A DNA stretch of 18,477 nucleotides from Promethearchaeota archaeon (lineage in GTDB: Archaea > Asgardarchaeota > Hermodarchaeia > Hermodarchaeales > Hermodarchaeaceae), in NCBI GenBank assembly GCA_048939245.1, contig JBHLPR010000041.1, forward strand, positions 1 to 18,477, given 5' to 3'. This document shows, piece after piece, positions 15,901-18,477 of the stretch. The notes below the pieces were generated by a model. The model ran no database searches. It worked only from the letters and a program-made list of their open reading frames with translations, and was not told the origin of the DNA. Within the stretch, counting starts at the first letter, position 1, and each line of letters opens with the position of its first letter. A program made the translations under genes and the position numbers.

Positions 15901-15913
15901 CTCAAAAACTGAA

Positions 15914-16396
15914 CTATAATTGGTGTGATAATAGTGATGCAGTTTCACCGAAAATCTGTTCGATATGCTGGTTAAGATCAGGTGCACAAATCGAAGCCGG
16001 TTGAGGTTTGACCAGTCGGTCACCATATTTTGTGAGGAAGAGTTTCACGATGCGTTTTGCGATTGTTTCGATGAGTATCGGGCTAGAGGTTTTTGAACTA
16101 CTAATTACTAAAAGTCCATTTCGGAGTGGGTAGAATGTGTATCTGCAGGGTTCTGTTGTAATCGTTTCGATCTGTCCATCTGTGACTTCCTTAGCAAAAA
16201 GTGAAAGGGCGATGAAGAATCCTCCAAGAATCGCAGGATCGGGATGATTCTTGTGTGTAGTGAATATACGATAATAGAAAGGGCATCCGGATTCCTTGAG
16301 AATAAAAAGTGAATATAGTCCTTCAGGAGGACTAGGCTGGGAAACCGTATTGCTTTGGGAAGATTGGGGTAAGGATGATTGAGGGACGCGAGCCAC
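15914..16396 (-). CDS. Stand-alone longin-fold protein (sedlin/sybindin/Mon1-like), Asgard-type
   Basis: LYSLFILKESGCPFYYRIF (beta-beta hairpin), DPAILGGFFIALSLFAKEV (helix), three short strands, then helix IAKRIVKLFLTKYG: the longin beta2-alpha-beta3-alpha2 pattern. Confidence 0.75.
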   Translation of the reverse strand: MARVPQSSLPQSSQSNTVSQPSPPEGLYSLFILKESGCPFYYRIFTTHKNHPDPAILGGFFIALSLFAKEVTDGQIETITTEPCRYTFYPLRNGLLVISSSKTSSPILIETIAKRIVKLFLTKYGDRLVKPQPASICAPDLNQHIEQIFGETASLLSHQL

Positions 16397-16441
16397 ACTA
16401 GGAGCCTCAGATTATTTTAGCTTCCCTTGAGTTTGTAGAAG

Positions 16442-16467
16442 CAAATATAAACTAACAAAGTTAGTTT
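16442..16467 (-). promoter_or_regulatory. Longin-gene TATA box with an abutting palindrome
   Basis: Minus strand TTTATATT (16444-16451) overlapped by AAACTAAC-AAA-GTTAGTTT (16449-16467). Confidence 0.55.
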
Positions 16468-16503
16468 CGCAAAAGCAGGAGAGACCCAGGCAAATTTCAT
16501 CCT

Positions 16504-17052
16504 TTATTCTTCTACTGCAGCGGCTAATTCTGATTGTTCAATACGAATTTGTTTAATCATTCTTCGGAGTTGACCTTTGAGTTTTTTAATTTCATAAGCA
16601 AACCCGAAATAATCAGCGAACATTTCGGATGTAGTTAATTCTTTTGTACGTCCCACTGGTGTGGATTCAATGAAGCCATGGGATTCTAGATTCTTGATGT
16701 GTTTGTAGCTATGAGAGCCTCGGTATACAACAACTTCTGATTGGAGTATTGGCTGTGAAAGAGCAATATAGATGAGCGTCTTTAGTTCCCCAAGTGAGAG
16801 GAGACCTTGAGGCGCGAGATTCCCAACTTGTTCACTAAGTCCTGAATCAAGTTGTAAAACTAAACGTTGTCGGGGAAGACGTACAATTTCTAATGCTCCC
16901 GAACGTTTTTCGTATTCATCTATTAAGGTTTGAACACTATCTCGCACTTGTTTTAACGTAGATATTTGCGTAGCTTGCTGGATTTCATGAATGGTAAGAG
17001 GACGACCTGAGATATAGAGCGCCGCTTCTACTAATTTTGTAGCCTCATCCAC
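16504..17052 (-). CDS. scpB: SMC-Scp complex subunit ScpB
   Basis: VEAALYISGRPL, LKTLIYIALSQPILQSEVVVYRG, HIKNLESHGFI, GRTKELTTSEMFADYFG. GTG at 17052 (SD GAGGAGGG upstream, overlaps the scpA stop) is preferred over 17070. Confidence 0.92.
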   Translation of the reverse strand: MDEATKLVEAALYISGRPLTIHEIQQATQISTLKQVRDSVQTLIDEYEKRSGALEIVRLPRQRLVLQLDSGLSEQVGNLAPQGLLSLGELKTLIYIALSQPILQSEVVVYRGSHSYKHIKNLESHGFIESTPVGRTKELTTSEMFADYFGFAYEIKKLKGQLRRMIKQIRIEQSELAAAVEE

Positions 17053-17785
17053 TAACCCTTCCCTCCTCACTACGAGGATCTTGAACCCAGATCATTATAT
17101 CCCCAAATTGCTCTTCTTGGCTGATATTGACCTTATCCTCACTGATTAAATAGAGGAGGCTTAGAAAAACTCGGATGATATCAACGTGTGACATCCCATG
17201 TACAAAATCAGCAAAGGAAATTGGATTACTATCAAGGCTAGCTTCGATTAATTGGGTATGCAATTTTTTCATGGATTTAGTTAATTCAATTTTTGAACCG
17301 TCGAATTGAGGTATTGTTGGCAACGAATTGCCAACACCAATATTTCTTCTTCGTTTTTTGGGAGGGAAAACAAGCTCTCGTAATGCTTCAAGGAATTCTG
17401 TTGACGAGGTAGGTCGTATATTTCGACGGAAGGGAGGGCGGATTGGTGGTAGAAAGATGTCTTCTTCGATAACCCGAATGATTTCTTCTTCCTCTCGGCC
17501 AAATTCAAGTAAATACTCTGATTTTAATCGAAGTAGGATTGCTGCAGAAAGAAGGGCACGTCCACATATTCGAAGGTCGATGTGTTCAGCGTTGAGCAAG
17601 CGCCCGATAAATCCATTGACAAGTTCAGCGAGGTCGAGTTCCCAGGGACTGATTTTTTGTAACTCGAGGATGTCAGTGAGAACTCGCCATGGTTGATGAA
17701 ACCAGAATGGCTCAGGGCTACTTTCAGTCAACGATTTATCGTTCTCCTTTGGCAGTTCACAGTTTGTAGTATTTGATAAATGCAT
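17045..17785 (-). CDS. scpA: Kleisin ScpA
   Basis: ISPWELDLAEL, DLRICGRALLSAAILLRLKS, C-terminal FLSLLYL...ISQEEQFGDI; lies between smc and scpB. Confidence 0.93.
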   Translation of the reverse strand: MHLSNTTNCELPKENDKSLTESSPEPFWFHQPWRVLTDILELQKISPWELDLAELVNGFIGRLLNAEHIDLRICGRALLSAAILLRLKSEYLLEFGREEEEIIRVIEEDIFLPPIRPPFRRNIRPTSSTEFLEALRELVFPPKKRRRNIGVGNSLPTIPQFDGSKIELTKSMKKLHTQLIEASLDSNPISFADFVHGMSHVDIIRVFLSLLYLISEDKVNISQEEQFGDIMIWVQDPRSEEGRVSG

Positions 17786-17792
17786 CCTATAT

Positions 17793-17813
17793 AACCTGAT
17801 GTATTATCAGGTT
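17793..17813. repeat. Perfect inverted repeat in the smc-scpA spacer
   Basis: AACCTGAT-GTATT-ATCAGGTT. Confidence 0.65.
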
Positions 17814-17817
17814 TTCA

Positions 17818-18477
17818 CTAGGTTTTGCTTGTTCCCTCTATCATTAGCAATCCTTCTTCGAATTGTACCGAAAAAACCTGGGATACACCACTCACTAGTG
17901 CCACACCAAGAATAGTTTTCGCTAAACGGATTGTGATTTCATTATGTGAGATGACGAGAAATTGTGAGTTTTCAGAAAGGTTACTTATTAGACGAGCAAC
18001 TCTTTCTGTGTTATTCGGATCTAACGCTTCGTCGATTTCATCGAGGAAGTAGAATGGAGCAGGTTGATGAAGTTGTAAGGCAAACATGAAGGTTAATGCG
18101 GTAAGAGCTTTTTCACCACCAGAAAGAGCGTCAAGATATCGTACACGTTTTCCTGCTGGTCGAACTTTCATTCGAATCCCGCCAAGAAACGGGTTTTCCG
18201 GATTTTCTAATTCTAGTTGACCCTCTCCTTGAGTAAGTTGCTCATAGACATTAGCGAAATTGTGAGAAATACTCGTAAAGGAGGTCATGAAGACGCGGAA
18301 TTTTTCTTCTTCTGCTTTACGCATCGCATCAAGAATGGCTTCGCGTTCTTCTCGAATTCTGCTTTCTTTTTCTAAGATTTCATCATAAGCATGACGAATT
18401 TCCTCGAATCGTTCAACAGCTTTTTGATTAATCAGCCCAAGGTTTTCTCGTTCCTGTTGAAGGTTGGATAGCTCTCT
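17818..18477 (-). CDS. smc: Chromosome segregation ATPase SMC, C-terminal part (5' end outside the window)
   Basis: Frame is open to the window edge (RELSNLQQERENLGLINQKAVERFEE...). ABC signature LSGGEK, PAPFYFLDEIDEALD (Walker B/D-loop), QFLVISH. Confidence 0.97.
   Translation of the reverse strand, partial: RELSNLQQERENLGLINQKAVERFEEIRHAYDEILEKESRIREEREAILDAMRKAEEEKFRVFMTSFTSISHNFANVYEQLTQGEGQLELENPENPFLGGIRMKVRPAGKRVRYLDALSGGEKALTALTFMFALQLHQPAPFYFLDEIDEALDPNNTERVARLISNLSENSQFLVISHNEITIRLAKTILGVALVSGVSQVFSVQFEEGLLMIEGTSKT

Noticed and set aside
1-18477. CRISPR array, tRNA/rRNA genes, IS transposase, selenocysteine read-through
   Set aside because: No spaced repeats, cloverleaf or rRNA-like segments, transposase ORF, or in-frame TGA interrupting a conserved domain was seen.

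Overview
Gene-dense archaeal core-chromosome window, most likely from an Asgard archaeon (stand-alone longin-fold gene, eS30, TFE-beta/RPC34-like gene, smc-scpA-scpB, hyp genes). Left to right: 5' end of orc1/cdc6 (missing from the ORF track), a small Zn-ribbon gene, an AT-richer 647-aa free-standing HTH + two-motif LAGLIDADG (DOD-type) endonuclease gene, glmS, elp3, rps30e (missing from the track), the nop5-fibrillarin-DUF61-HTH-trm1-ftsJ operon, tfeB, tfb, gar1 (missing from the track), srp19, hypA, rps8e, hypE, a longin-domain gene, scpB, scpA and the 3' end of smc. Two signals stand out. (1) The intein-less LAGLIDADG gene lies directly downstream of glmS and near cdc6. It ends in the GTT GAG TAA (VE*) typical of glmS while glmS itself ends VTVL*, and it has an upstream ORF one base out of frame. 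(2) Neither gar1 nor tfb has an ATG/GTG/TTG upstream of its conserved N-terminal domain; Shine-Dalgarno motifs point to CTG (gar1) and ACG (tfb) starts. No tRNA, rRNA, SRP RNA or CRISPR array was recognised. All calls come from manual translation and motif recognition; no database search was run.
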